This document shows, in pieces, positions 25,930 through 38,200 of a DNA stretch of 64,000 bases (positions are counted from its first letter, which is position 1; each line of letters starts with the position of its first letter). The notes beneath the pieces were generated by a model. It made no database searches and was not told where the DNA came from. It was given only the letters and a program-made list of their open reading frames with translations. Source of the stretch: the human T2T-CHM13v2.0 reference genome, Homo sapiens; assembly GCF_009914755.1 (NCBI RefSeq), contig NC_060946.1. One strand, written 5' to 3'. The translations under genes and the position numbers were made by a program.

Positions 25930-28145
25930 AAGTCTGAGAATGGCCATGATGGTAGCGGTGGGTGCCTGACCCAGTCCAGGAGCAGCCTCTAGTGCAACTA
26001 TGGCCAAAGAAGGGGAGATGAAGCTGGTGGCAATGGTAGCAGCCTCTCCAGCTGGAGAGAGACATCTGCTGTCCTATGAAAATGGCTCATAGTTGATATA
26101 TCTGGCAAAGACATGTCATCCTGTCTACCTTTCATGACCAACTACAGTTTTCATAGTGCTTTGGTTAAGCTGGCATGGCAGTCCCAAACACAGGATGAAT
26201 GCTATAGCATTTATTGATAAATACTGGGAGTGCATGATGACCATTCAGACACCTGGGAAAATGACTAGGCTGAATAACATCGTTAAAACAATGAGTAAAG
26301 AGAGAGATTTATTCTTGGTAAAGGACAGCCTGGATCCAGGGAGTAAAGACCTGAAAGAAGATTGCCTAAGATTTGGACTTTTGGATCAGGACTTTGGTAA
26401 AACTGATCCTGTTTATGACAAGCAAAAGCAAAGCAGTGCCCTGTCTGTGAGTGGGAATCTGAATGGGGCAACTGAACAGGAAGCAGCAGAAAAGAGGAAG
26501 AGGAGTTCAGTGCAAACAGCAAGATGAGATCTCAGAGACCACCAAGAAGGCCCAGAGTGACCCTTTGTTTTCTGCTCAGCGCCTTGCCCCTTACACCTTT
26601 TAAAACACCCATTTAACAAGGATGGCTACTGGTATATTCCAACAGAGCCTGAGCCACACACCCTTGGTCCTCAGAAGGTTGAAGACTGCTAGGCAGGAGA
26701 AATTATTCCTGAAGACCTCTACGGAGCCTGTTTCTGTGAACAGGTTTTGTTAGTCTAACATGATTAAGCTCTCCAGGTAAAGATCTCCAATGACCAGCTG
26801 GCTGACTGTGGTTGGAAAGAAGGGTTACTCTATGATGCAGGCCTCTCATGGGGTATGGAAAGGGACCTGGGACTTTGAAATCATCAAGGATGAGTTGTCA
26901 CCAGACACCACTGCCAATGGGGTTGGTCTCAGTCCTAAGGTAACCATCAATCTCCCTTAGGTTATGATAAACTTAGCTATTCTTGGCAGAGCAAAAAGGA
27001 ACCAAGTTCCACCTGTCCACTGGCAAATAATACTCTTCTAGCTACGGATGAGGACAGGTCTTGGGATTTTATATTAATCTTCCTGAAAACACAGAGACAG
27101 CCAAGTTATTGCCTGATACTTACAAAGATAAGGCTTTGATAAAATACAAGAATTATTTGTATTTTGAGGAAAAAGACATTTTGGATAAAGCACAGAAGAG
27201 CCTAAAACAGATTCTGCACAGGAAAATAATATTTTATAAAAATGGTGTCAATTAATATGTTGAATAAAAGGTATTTTTGAGGGGGTTGATTTCCAGCCAT
27301 CTCACAGGAAAACAACTGCGTGGTTTGCATTAACTTTGGACTGTGCTGCGAGTGTCCTCCAAAGGATCTCGCTTACTCCCTTATGAGTGACATGGGCTGG
27401 GATGCTGTGGTAGAGCACACTCTGGCTGATGTCTTGTATCTCCTGGAGACAGAAGTGGATGGAGGCACAGTCCTCCATGGGAACCCTGAACAGGTCCCTC
27501 TTTCTTTTCAAATATGGACTTTCTGGGGAATGATACTGGACGGCTTCTGTAGTTGTTGTTGTTTTTTGAACTGTCTCAAATGTTTTCCCAAAGATGCTAC
27601 AGAACATAGCCTATCCATTTAGCAAGTGAAAAGGCTGAATAAGACTGGGAGAGACTCCCTGCTCATCATCATTCTTCTTCCACTTCCAGTGACTGCTCAT
27701 ATTCTGTGCCATAAGCCAACAGCTACTGATCCCAAGATCTTGTAATCCCTCTGTAAAACTGGTGCTGTACTGCATACCTTGCCAGCTGGGACTTTTTATC
27801 TTACTGCATTTTCCAGGAATAAATAATCTTGTCCCAAAAACAAACATATTTAAAGACATTTCCTTCTGTGGACACTGATTCCATGCTATCTGTTTTCCAA
27901 GGAAGTGGTGAGCCCGTTTCTGAGAACACCTGGTATCAATGGCTGTCCCTTCCAAACCAAGCAAAAAGTGATTTCTTGTCGGTGTGGATTTGGTTTTGTT
28001 ATTAATTTTAAAACATACCTTTGAAGACTTAGATCTCTGAAACTACTAGATCTCTAGAAGTGTAATTGTGAAAAAAGCTTGCTTGCATCATCAACAACAT
28101 GAAAAACTCTTTCTGAATAAAATTTGTTTTGAAGTTAAAAAAAAG
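25930..28145 (+). pseudogene. ASH2LP1: Near full-length ASH2L processed pseudogene with internal deletions, 3'UTR, AATAAA and poly(A) remnant
   Basis: [82 protein letters not shown]; AATAAA ~28116, A-run ~28137. The pseudogene number is from recall. Confidence 0.9.
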
Positions 28146-28159
28146 AATAATGCAAGATT

Positions 28160-28600
28160 GGAAACTGGGAGGTCTGAAGATTCCCAAGAGCACTCTCAAT
28201 TCTGAAGCTAATTTTCAGCTCAGGGACCCCAAACAGCCCTTCACTTCTTATGAGTCCCTAGAAGGACTCACATAACTCACTGAAAACTGTGACATTCATT
28301 AATGTGATTTTTCTACAGTGAAATAATACAGATTAAAATAATTCAAGGAAAGAGACACATGGGCAGAGTTCAGGAGAATTCCAAGCACAAGCATCCATTT
28401 GTCCTCTCCCAGTGGAGTAATAGACAACGCTGCATTCTGCCGGCAACAATGTGTGATTCTGTGTAGGAAGCATTGCCAACCAGCAAAGCTCACCCAGGCT
28501 TGGTGTCCAGAAAAATTTTGAGTGGTGGGGTGGGTGAGAGTGGGGTTGTTATGTAGACCTTGATGACCATCCTCATGGCTCACTTGAGTTTCCACTGAAT
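28160..28600. mobile_element. Old LTR fragment (MER21-like)
   Basis: ctagaaggactcacataactcac...gggcagagttcaggag...tcctctcccagtggagt (recall). Confidence 0.4.
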
Positions 28601-29024
28601 TGACAATAAAACTTCAATCTTCAACCTTTGGTCATTTTCTTTTAAAAAATTTTCTAAAGAAAATTATTTTAAAAAGTCTCATATAAACGAGCTGTTTATC
28701 CAATATGAGGCTCAACGCAAATAGTTTCAAAAAGTCAGTAGGTCATTAAAACAATTATTTAGTCATTCAAACTAAATATTTAGTCATTCAAACGTTGTTA
28801 TCTGGTGTTCAGATAACAACGAACACCATGTAGCACTAAAATCGCATTATAGTCACAGGGGCAGGATTTCAGCAACAGCAAGAGAAAGTAATACAAACAG
28901 GAATGAGCAAAGAATAGACAAGTAATGGGTATGAATTGGCCTGGGAAATATTGTGGCAATGTCCAAAGACAAATCAATAGTTATTTGTTAAAGAAGTGAA
29001 AGACAACACATTCTCAGTCCAGGA

Positions 29025-29043
29025 AAGCCACCAGGGGGTGGTC
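29025..29043 (+). promoter_or_regulatory. CTCF-like motif upstream of IGLV7-46
   Basis: AAGCCACCAGGGGGTGGTC; identical copy at 54431-54449. Confidence 0.55.
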
Positions 29044-29242
29044 TGGGTCTCTTGGATTGTAAGAAGCTCAAGAGGTTCAAACTTAATGAACCCTGCACAG
29101 ATGCTCACTGACTCATGGAAATGTTAGAACAGCTGCTTCCTCCCACAGGACAAATCCACAGCACACAGCCACCCTGGGCTGGCCCCCCACAGTGTAGCTG
29201 CTCTCAGGGCTGTGGACCCAGGTGGTGATAAAGGCAGTAAAG

Positions 29243-29250
29243 ATTTGCAT
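29243..29250 (+). promoter_or_regulatory. Ig octamer, IGLV7-46 promoter
   Basis: ATTTGCAT. Confidence 0.9.
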
Positions 29251-29360
29251 AAAGCAGCACACAGCACACCCCCTCCGTGCGGAGAGCTCAATAGGAGATA
29301 AAGAGCCATCAGAATCCAGCCCCAGCTCTGGCACCAGGGGTCCCTTCCAATATCAGCACC

Positions 29361-29799
29361 ATGGCCTGGACTCCTCTCTTTCTGTTCCTCCTCACTTGCT
29401 GCCCAGGTTAAGAGAGATTTCAAATACCAGCCTTTGGAGGGATCCCTTTTTCTCCCTTTCTAATTCCTAATATATGTCTGTTTTTTTGTTTCAGGGTCCA
29501 ATTCCCAGGCTGTGGTGACTCAGGAGCCCTCACTGACTGTGTCCCCAGGAGGGACAGTCACTCTCACCTGTGGCTCCAGCACTGGAGCTGTCACCAGTGG
29601 TCATTATCCCTACTGGTTCCAGCAGAAGCCTGGCCAAGCCCCCAGGACACTGATTTATGATACAAGCAACAAACACTCCTGGACACCTGCCCGGTTCTCA
29701 GGCTCCCTCCTTGGGGGCAAAGCTGCCCTGACCCTTTCGGGTGCGCAGCCTGAGGATGAGGCTGAGTATTACTGCTTGCTCTCCTATAGTGGTGCTCGG
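29361..29799 (+). CDS. IGLV7-46: Ig lambda V gene segment (leader 29361-29406, V exon 29495-29799)
   Basis: [37 protein letters not shown]...[12 protein letters not shown]...[11 protein letters not shown]. Confidence 0.97.
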
Positions 29800-29838
29800 C
29801 ACAGTGACAGACCCATGAGAGGAACCAAGACATAAACC
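29800..29838 (+). other. 23-RSS of IGLV7-46
   Basis: CACAGTG-23nt-ACATAAACC. Confidence 0.95.
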
Positions 29839-30101
29839 TCCCTCGGCCCTTGTGATGTGGAGATCACATGATCAGACATGCCAGATCCCAAGATAGCCTA
29901 CATGTGGACCAGCCATAGAAAGGGGAAGGAAAGGGTTTGAATTGATTCCTATTTCTACTTAAGTCTTGATGTGTAGGAAATGTAAGAATGATTTGGGAGT
30001 AACTGGATCAAAAAAAAAAAAAAGGAAAAGTTAATTGTTTTCTATTCTAAAAGGAACACTAACAGCAGGATCACATATAAAGGCTGGGTCAAAATGCATT
30101 T

Positions 30102-30325
30102 CCTCCAGAAAGAAGCATCTTCAGTGTATAGGCTTTCTGAGCTAAGAGCAAAGAAACTTTTTTTGCATATTACTGAAGTTTGTTTTATTGAGTTACTTTC
30201 AAACCAATACCTCCAGAAAGAAGCATCTTCAGTGTATAGGCTTTCTGAGCTAAGAGCAAAGAGAAGAAACTCTTTTTTTGTATATGACTAAAATTTGCTT
30301 TATTGATTTACTTTCAAACCAATAC
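30102..30325 (+). repeat. Local tandem duplication, ~108-bp unit x2
   Basis: cctccagaaagaagcatcttcagtgtataggctttctgagctaagagcaaaga at 30102 and 30210. Confidence 0.9.
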
Positions 30326-30537
30326 ATGCCTATTATATAAAATAAAAATATTAAAAACCACCAAGTTCACTGCAAAGCTGTCTCATCAGAAACAATCCAA
30401 TTTCTTCATTTGGATGCATTCTTTCATTTTTGTTCTCAATATTTCCACAATGGGGGTCAAACCTTGTGCTTTTTCTCTCTGGTTTTACACATCTTTATGC
30501 CTCCTCCCACACCCTGTGCCTCTCTCCTGACTCTCAG

Positions 30538-30875
30538 GGTCCTGGGCAGTCAGGGCTCACTTGGTAGCCTGCACAGTCTGTCTGTGACAAAACCAGTCAC
30601 CATCTCCTGCACTGGAATCAGCAGCAATAAGGTTCTTGGAATTGTGTCCTGGTACCAACAATGACAAGGAAGTGCCTCCAAACTTCTGATGTATAGAAGC
30701 AAATATCTGCCTGCAGGGACCCAGGATGGATGCTCGGGCTACCAGTTTGGCAAGGAGGCCTTCCCAAGCATCTCTGGGCTCCAGGCTGAGGACAACGCTG
30801 ATCTCAACTGTTGGCTTCAGACAGCCCCCTGGAGGCCCCAACAGTGCTGCAGTCTGGGGGAGTGAGACAGGAACA
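30538..30875 (+). pseudogene. Leaderless clan-I V-lambda pseudogene, paralog of IGLV(I)-42
   Basis: Splice acceptor ctctcag; KPVTISCTGISSNKVLGIVSWYQQ*; heptamer AACAGTG at 30840. Confidence 0.85.
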
Positions 30876-33800
30876 TGTCAGGTCTCCTAGGAGCACGACC
30901 TAACTACAGCACCATACAACCAGGACAACAGGGCTGTTTACCATTTGTGTGCATGTTTGCTGGTGCTTCTGCTAACCAGGACCCAGGGCTCAGATTAGGG
31001 ACAGTGATCTAGAGAATGCTGCTTTGTTTTCTCAGGGCCAGACTTCAGAGAGAGCCCTTGGCCACAGCATTGTCAGACTGCCTCAGAAGAATCAGAAAGT
31101 CCTTGATTTCTGGAACAGGCTGCCCTGGGAATACAGCCATGATAGGCCAGGGCAAGCAGGGACAGAATCCAGCTGGGTCTGTCTCAGGCATGTGCACTAA
31201 TAAAGATCTCTGTTTGTCCTTATTGTTTACTGAATACCTACTATGTGCCAGGCTCAGGTCTCATGCTAAGGATACAGAGGTGAGAAGACAGACAGGGATT
31301 CTGTCTTCACAGGACTGACACCATGCAGAAAAGTGAGGGCCAACAAGTCAATAGGAGTAAGGCATATTGTGGTGTATCCAAGAGGTGACACTGGCCAGAA
31401 GGGGGAGAGCAATAGGAAGCCCTTAGGGAGTTGTAAGCAAGGAAGACACGGAGTCTGATGGGAGACTTAGGAGAAAAGTCCAGCTTCTCCAAAGAAGATG
31501 AAAAAGGAGGGGAGAGAGTGAAAGTGGAGGGTCTAATTAGGAGACGGTAGCTTTCTCCACATGAGAGATGAGGTCTCCAGCAAGTGATGAAGCAGCTGAG
31601 GTGGTGAAATATGCGTGACCCACACCATGGTGAGTAAGACCAAAGGAAAGAGGTCACTAGGTTGAGGCCCAAAGCTTGTTCCTGTGATATAAACCTGACA
31701 ACATCCTCTTGCCGTTACTGAGTGTCTCACACACCTTTTTTCTTTGGATATCTCCTGGGACTCAGGACTCATTGCTGCCCTTCCCTCGTATTCAGTGAGA
31801 TTCATTTCGAACATCACTTTTCACACCCAGAGAGAGACCTGGCTCCTTTGTATGGAGCAAAAGCACTGAGGGTCAGGACAGAACATTCTACAGAACATGG
31901 GATGATGCCTTACACACTAAAGGACTGCTGTTAAAGCTCGTGATCAAACCTCCCCGGAGCTACATCAGAAACCACGAGAGGGGAGGTGTCAGCGCTTAGG
32001 TGCCTGATTTCAGGGCACACTAATTTGCAGTTTGTCCAGCTCCCTCCCAGGCATTTTTATCCACCCTTCTCTTTACCTCCTTTCATCCTTGCCTCCTTCT
32101 CAGGGCGGGCCTCCAGGCCTGTGGTGTCTCTGCTGCTCTGTCTCCATCACAAACAGAGCAGTAGGGAGATTATCTGATAATGAAGTTCCCTCCTCATACT
32201 CAGTTATCTGGTTCCCCTTAGGAATTCTTCTGCATCATGGGAATGTTCTGTTTTATTTCTGCCCTACAGTAGGAACCCAGCCATTTGTGAGGCCAAGGAG
32301 ATTGACCTCTTTCCGTTGAAGCAGGATTATATTTAACACATGTATTCAAATAACATCATCAACTTATGAACAAGTCAATCCATTCTTCAGAATTATAGAA
32401 ATGCATGTCTCTCAGCTGTCAGCAATTGGCCTCAGATCCCTAGAGTGGCGAACTTGTCAGGGTGGGGTCAGCCACATGAAGATGTTTCTTTATAGTTAGT
32501 GACTCTATTCACTGGGTTTCCCCTGTTGAGATCCAACCTCCATGAGACTGTTTATTGTTGTTGTTGTTTTCTGTCTTGTCATTGCCCAAAATGCTGCCTG
32601 GCACTAAGGAAAGACTTAATACATGTTTATTAAATATGTGAGTTCACCTACATTGGAATCCCAAAAAGAGGTACAGATCTGAGGTCAAGTTAATAATTTT
32701 TAAAAAAATTCTGGATATTTTGTGTTTGAGATTCCAAGTTCATTCAATAGAAGATATTAAGTATGAAGTTTTGCCTTTGGATTTGGTTAGCAGGAGAAGG
32801 ATATGGATATGAAAATACAAATGGATCACACATACCTCCCCATGGCCCAGAGTCTTGAGTGCCTAGCTGCTCTCTGCAGCTCCTAATCACAGCCTCTGTT
32901 CACTCATTTATGGTCTGATTCCCATGGATCCATACATGCTGGATCCCATGGGCTTATGTGGAGAAAGTGGAGAGAAGGTGATGGCCCTGCTAAAAAAACC
33001 ACAGGAAGCAAGTTGATAATGAAGCAAATTCTGGGCACAAAATCTCTCAAGAGCAAATAAACTGCAGAATATGGGTGAGTTGGGAAAATTTCTGGCAATA
33101 TTTATATAACTAAGAAGGTTTACATTACATATACTTCAACAAAATATTAATTCTAAAGCTTCCAATAAGTCATATGATCAATGCAATTCAAACATTAAAC
33201 TCATCAGTCCCAAGTCCCATAATAGACTTTGATGGAGAAATTCTTGAAGAAAGAATGATGGGTTTGTGAGCTCTGTGTCCACAGAAGAGATATTTCTGCA
33301 CTAGGAGGACTGGGTAAAGCCATTAAATAATTATGAATGTAGTGCCCATCTGGACTTTTTTCTAATCCAATATGCAATGCTGTGGGCTCTGCCTTTGCAA
33401 ATCGTAGCATTCATTGTACTTCCTCCAGTCTCCCAATTATTACAATAAATTAATTTTAAACATGAATGATTAAAAGACAAATCTATTAATGTTAGAGTCC
33501 TTGGAATCTGTTGCTTTAATGCACAAGAATTATGGAACACTTCAAATGTATATATTTGTTAATTTATGTACCAATGATAAAATACTGCTTCCTTGATCTG
33601 TTCTAAAAATCACCTAGAAAGGGAGTAAGTTGATGGGTAAAATGGGTTGAAAAATTAAACAAGATGAACCACATTGATGATGGTCAAAGTTGGCTGATTG
33701 GTGCAAACAATTCATCAGAAAATTCTCTGTATATTTGTATGACTCAAACGTTTCCATGCTAACCAGTGAAAATATCCTTTTTTGCAATGAGATGTTTATG

Positions 33801-34653
33801 TTCTGCTTTTACCAGGTGTACCATGTGGACAAAATGTAAGCTTACACTTTGACTTCAAGTGGAAGCCCATCTTCTCCCAACAGGCAGAGGAGAAGCTGGT
33901 GTGGAGAACATGGAAAACACAGGAGCTCAGGGTTTCCCAGGACAGAGAAGTGAGTGAGCCTGGAGCCCTAAAAGCAAGGGCAGGGGCTGTGAGTTGGGCT
34001 GTGGGGGTGTTCTGGGGCCACAATGTGAAGGGCATGTTGCTGAGGTCTCAGGGTTCAGGTTTCATAATAACAATGAGGAGTTACTCAAGGGGCTTAAACC
34101 AGGGAGTGCCCTGCCTGCCCTATCTGAGTGACAGGGATCTCTCTGAATGCCTTGAGAAGAGAGTGTCTGAGAAAAGTGAGTGATCCTGATTCTAGATTAT
34201 TCGCTAAAGCACCTCGTGAGTCTAGAAACTCAGGGGCCATTTGCACAGTTAGCACAAGAGTAGATGTGGCTAAATTGAGAAGTGATGGTCTCTGCTTTTG
34301 TCTCCTGAGACATCCAACTCATTTGCAAGAGAATTTTGCAGGTAAAATACATACTGATCTTTCTAATAAACTGAAAACACCTAGTAAAAAAATACACGTG
34401 GTAATAGCACAATGCAATTTGTATAACAGCTAGAACAAATTCTTGACCAAAAAATATGATGCAACTGTGCAGAAAATGACGTTTTACTTAGGGAGATAAT
34501 GGCTAATTTCATAAAATAGTGAAATATGTCACACTGTTCACTGGTAAAGGTAAGTCTAGCAAATCTATTAGTTTTCCTGTATCACAAAATCGAATCAAAT
34601 CTCTTTAAAACGTATGAAACCATTGTAAATATAACTTGTGTTGCATTGCTGTC

Positions 34654-34928
34654 TTTTTTTTTTTTTTTTTTTTTTTAGACAGAATCTCGCTTTGTCGCCC
34701 AGGCTGGGGTGCAGTGGCCCAATATCAGCTCACTGCAAGCTCCACCTCCCGGGTTCCCGGGTTCACGCCATTCTCCTGCATCAGCCTCCCGAGTAGCTGG
34801 GACTACAGGCGCCTGCCACCACGCCCAGCTAATATGTTGTATTTTTAGTAGAGACGGGGTTTCACCGCGTTAGCCAGGATGGTCTTGATCTACTGACCTC
34901 GTGATCCGCCCGCCTTGGCTTCCCAAAG
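34654..34928 (-). mobile_element. AluY-like, slightly 5'-truncated
   Basis: Poly-T, gcaagctccacctcccggg, ttagccaggatggtcttgatc; TSD attgctg(t/c)cttt; absent from paralogs at ~11860 and ~61507. Confidence 0.92.
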
Positions 34929-35632
34929 GAATTGCTGCCTTTAACATGTCATTGATCCTTTATTTTTCCTGGAAATTTTTCATTATTCACCATCTTTTTG
35001 AACAACCCCAGCTGCCCTTCAACCCAGCTCCTCAGCTGACCCCTTTTCCATGATGCCCACTCTGATGACATATGTGGGCAAATAGATTTTTCTAAAATGC
35101 CCTGTTGGGGTGCTGACACCTATAAAAGTTATGTATGTACAGGTCTGCACATCCCACAGACCAAGACTACTTCTGGGAGTGAGAAATCGTAGTAATAATG
35201 CATAGCATGATAGAAGCAGTGTCTGGGAATCAGACCATGGATATGTGAATACAGACAGTGACTAAAGAGCTGCAGAGACCAGCTGGGTTCTGAAGTCTCT
35301 GAGCTTTGGGAAAGTGTGTTTCCTGGGACCAGCGTCAGATGTTGTGGGGCTGCCCTGTGGTTCCGACACAGCTGCTCAGTAATGAGCATTCACTCAGAGA
35401 AATCCAGGCCTTGAGGCTGGGCCCTGTGCTCACTGATGGACACTCGGCAGCTGTGTCCCCTCTGGCCTGGCAGAGTTCCCTGAGCAGGGACCTGTGTATG
35501 GTCTCAACAGGTGCTTCCTCCCAGGGCCTTGCAAAAAGAAAAGCAAACCTTCCTCCTGCTCAGTCTGCAGAGAGAGCTGAGCTGCATCCCCAGGTCTCAA
35601 GGAGGGGCCCGGCAGTCCCTGGGTGGAAACAC

Positions 35633-35640
35633 ATTTGCAT
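35633..35640 (+). promoter_or_regulatory. Ig octamer, IGLV5-45 promoter
   Basis: ATTTGCAT. Confidence 0.9.
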
Positions 35641-35726
35641 GAGCAACCCCTCCTCTGCAACAGTGGGAAGAAAAGGAGGCCTGGGGCAGCCCAGTCCCAC
35701 TGCGGGGGTAAGAGGTTGTGTCCACC

Positions 35727-36218
35727 ATGGCCTGGACTCCTCTCCTCCTCCTGTTCCTCTCTCACTGCACAGGTAGGAATAGACTTCAGAGACCAGGGTC
35801 AGCCACCCAGCCTGATTCTGACTCTTCTGGCAAAGATCCCTGAAAAACTTTACCCTGGTTTCTGCCTTAGCACCCATTAATGTCTGTGTTTCCAGGTTCC
35901 CTCTCGCAGGCTGTGCTGACTCAGCCGTCTTCCCTCTCTGCATCTCCTGGAGCATCAGCCAGTCTCACCTGCACCTTGCGCAGTGGCATCAATGTTGGTA
36001 CCTACAGGATATACTGGTACCAGCAGAAGCCAGGGAGTCCTCCCCAGTATCTCCTGAGGTACAAATCAGACTCAGATAAGCAGCAGGGCTCTGGAGTCCC
36101 CAGCCGCTTCTCTGGATCCAAAGATGCTTCGGCCAATGCAGGGATTTTACTCATCTCTGGGCTCCAGTCTGAGGATGAGGCTGACTATTACTGTATGATT
36201 TGGCACAGCAGCGCTTCT
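35727..36218 (+). CDS. IGLV5-45: Ig lambda V gene segment (leader 35727-35772, V exon 35896-36218)
   Basis: QAVLTQPSSLSASPGASASLTCTLRSGINVGTYRIYW...RYKSDSDKQQGSG...YYCMIWHSSAS. Confidence 0.97.
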
Positions 36219-36257
36219 CACAGTGACACACACAGATGGGGAAGTGGGACAAAAACC
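36219..36257 (+). other. 23-RSS of IGLV5-45
   Basis: CACAGTG-23nt-ACAAAAACC. Confidence 0.95.
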
Positions 36258-37161
36258 TCACCCTGCTCTGGGTCTTGCTCTGTACCAATTTTTAAATTTT
36301 AAAATAACTGGCCTAGGCACAAACTATATTTGGAAGTACTTTCTAGTTGTAAAAGGCTCTTCTCTCAATTTTCTATCCATTTTTCTGAAGTCTCAGTAAA
36401 ACAAAACAAAACAAAACAAAACCACCTGATGACCCTGAAGTGTTGGCTGGTTGTCCACATGTGCTAACACCAGTGCCTGTGGAGCTGGACGTTTTTTTCT
36501 TGAAAGAAGCAAAATGAGGCTTTCCTAGCTCACATCATGGTCAGAGCCTGGGGACAACATAGCAGGTGAACAGTGCCCTGCAGCATGGACTCTGCTCTTC
36601 CAGCGTACGGGCAGAGACCTCCCCTTCCATCCCCAGTAGTCTGTTCTCAGGGCTGTCTGAGGCTCACTGTGTCCCAGGAACAAGGCACTCAAATATGAAA
36701 TGCTGCCTGAGGACTCAGGTCAGGGAATTCTGGATATAGTGCTGACCTGGCTCAGTCCTGGGTACCTGCATTTCAGTGGCAATGTCAGGAGATGGCGTTA
36801 GATATTAGGGTAACTGCGGGCCCGATGCCAGTAAACCTCTATGTAGGACATGACAGAATCAAGGGGAGGCTCCACCATGGCTGAGACAAGCCAGAGGCTG
36901 CTCCTTGGCCATGGGGGAAGTAGATCCCATGGATGTGACTCCTGTAGCTCATCCCACTCAGGACCACGGGGACTGCTGAGGGTGGGTTTCCTGATCCCTC
37001 AGGGCCTGACTGTGTTCTCTTCTCCTCTCTTACACCATTGGAGCTTCTCACTGACTCAGGTCTAGTGGTGAGTCTGTGGAATATCTGGATACAGAAACTG
37101 CCCAATATTTGCTTCAAGTGACTCCTCCCTGGGAAACTCTTGAGGAGGCCCCCACCTCAAG

Positions 37162-37443
37162 GTCATCTTTTTCTCCATGGGGAGCAGCAGAAACATTGGC
37201 CATTCCCATGGAAATGGCTATGAGGCCTCCCAGAGAGAACCCCTAAGTTTATGACCTAGGACAATAGTGATGGTCCCTCAGGGGTCCCAGCCTGCTTCTC
37301 CTGATCTGGGTTTATCCACACAGCCTCCTGGAGTGCCTCTGGGCTCCAGCCTGAGGACCTGGCTGGTTATCAGTGTCACACAGCTGCATCCTGACTCCAT
37401 GTTACCAAGGGTTCCTGTTCCATGTGGAAATGATAGAAAGATC
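37162..37443 (+). pseudogene. Highly degenerate V-lambda relic (copy 2)
   Basis: gggagcagcagaaacattggc, cctaagtttatgacctaggacaat, ccctcaggggtcccagcc, tctgggctccagcctgaggac; RSS-like tail. Confidence 0.7.
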
Positions 37444-37614
37444 TCCCCACTCATCCTGTCTCCCCATCCCTCCTTTATCCCTGCCTGTGACCAACACCAG
37501 TTCATGCCAAGACTTCAGCTGTCAGTTGTGTTACTGAAAGCAGAGCAAGGGTTCAGGGACGATAACTCCTTTTCTTACTGGTCTCCCCAGTGGAAAGAGA
37601 ATCAGTTTGTTTCA

Positions 37615-38200
<586 letters not shown>

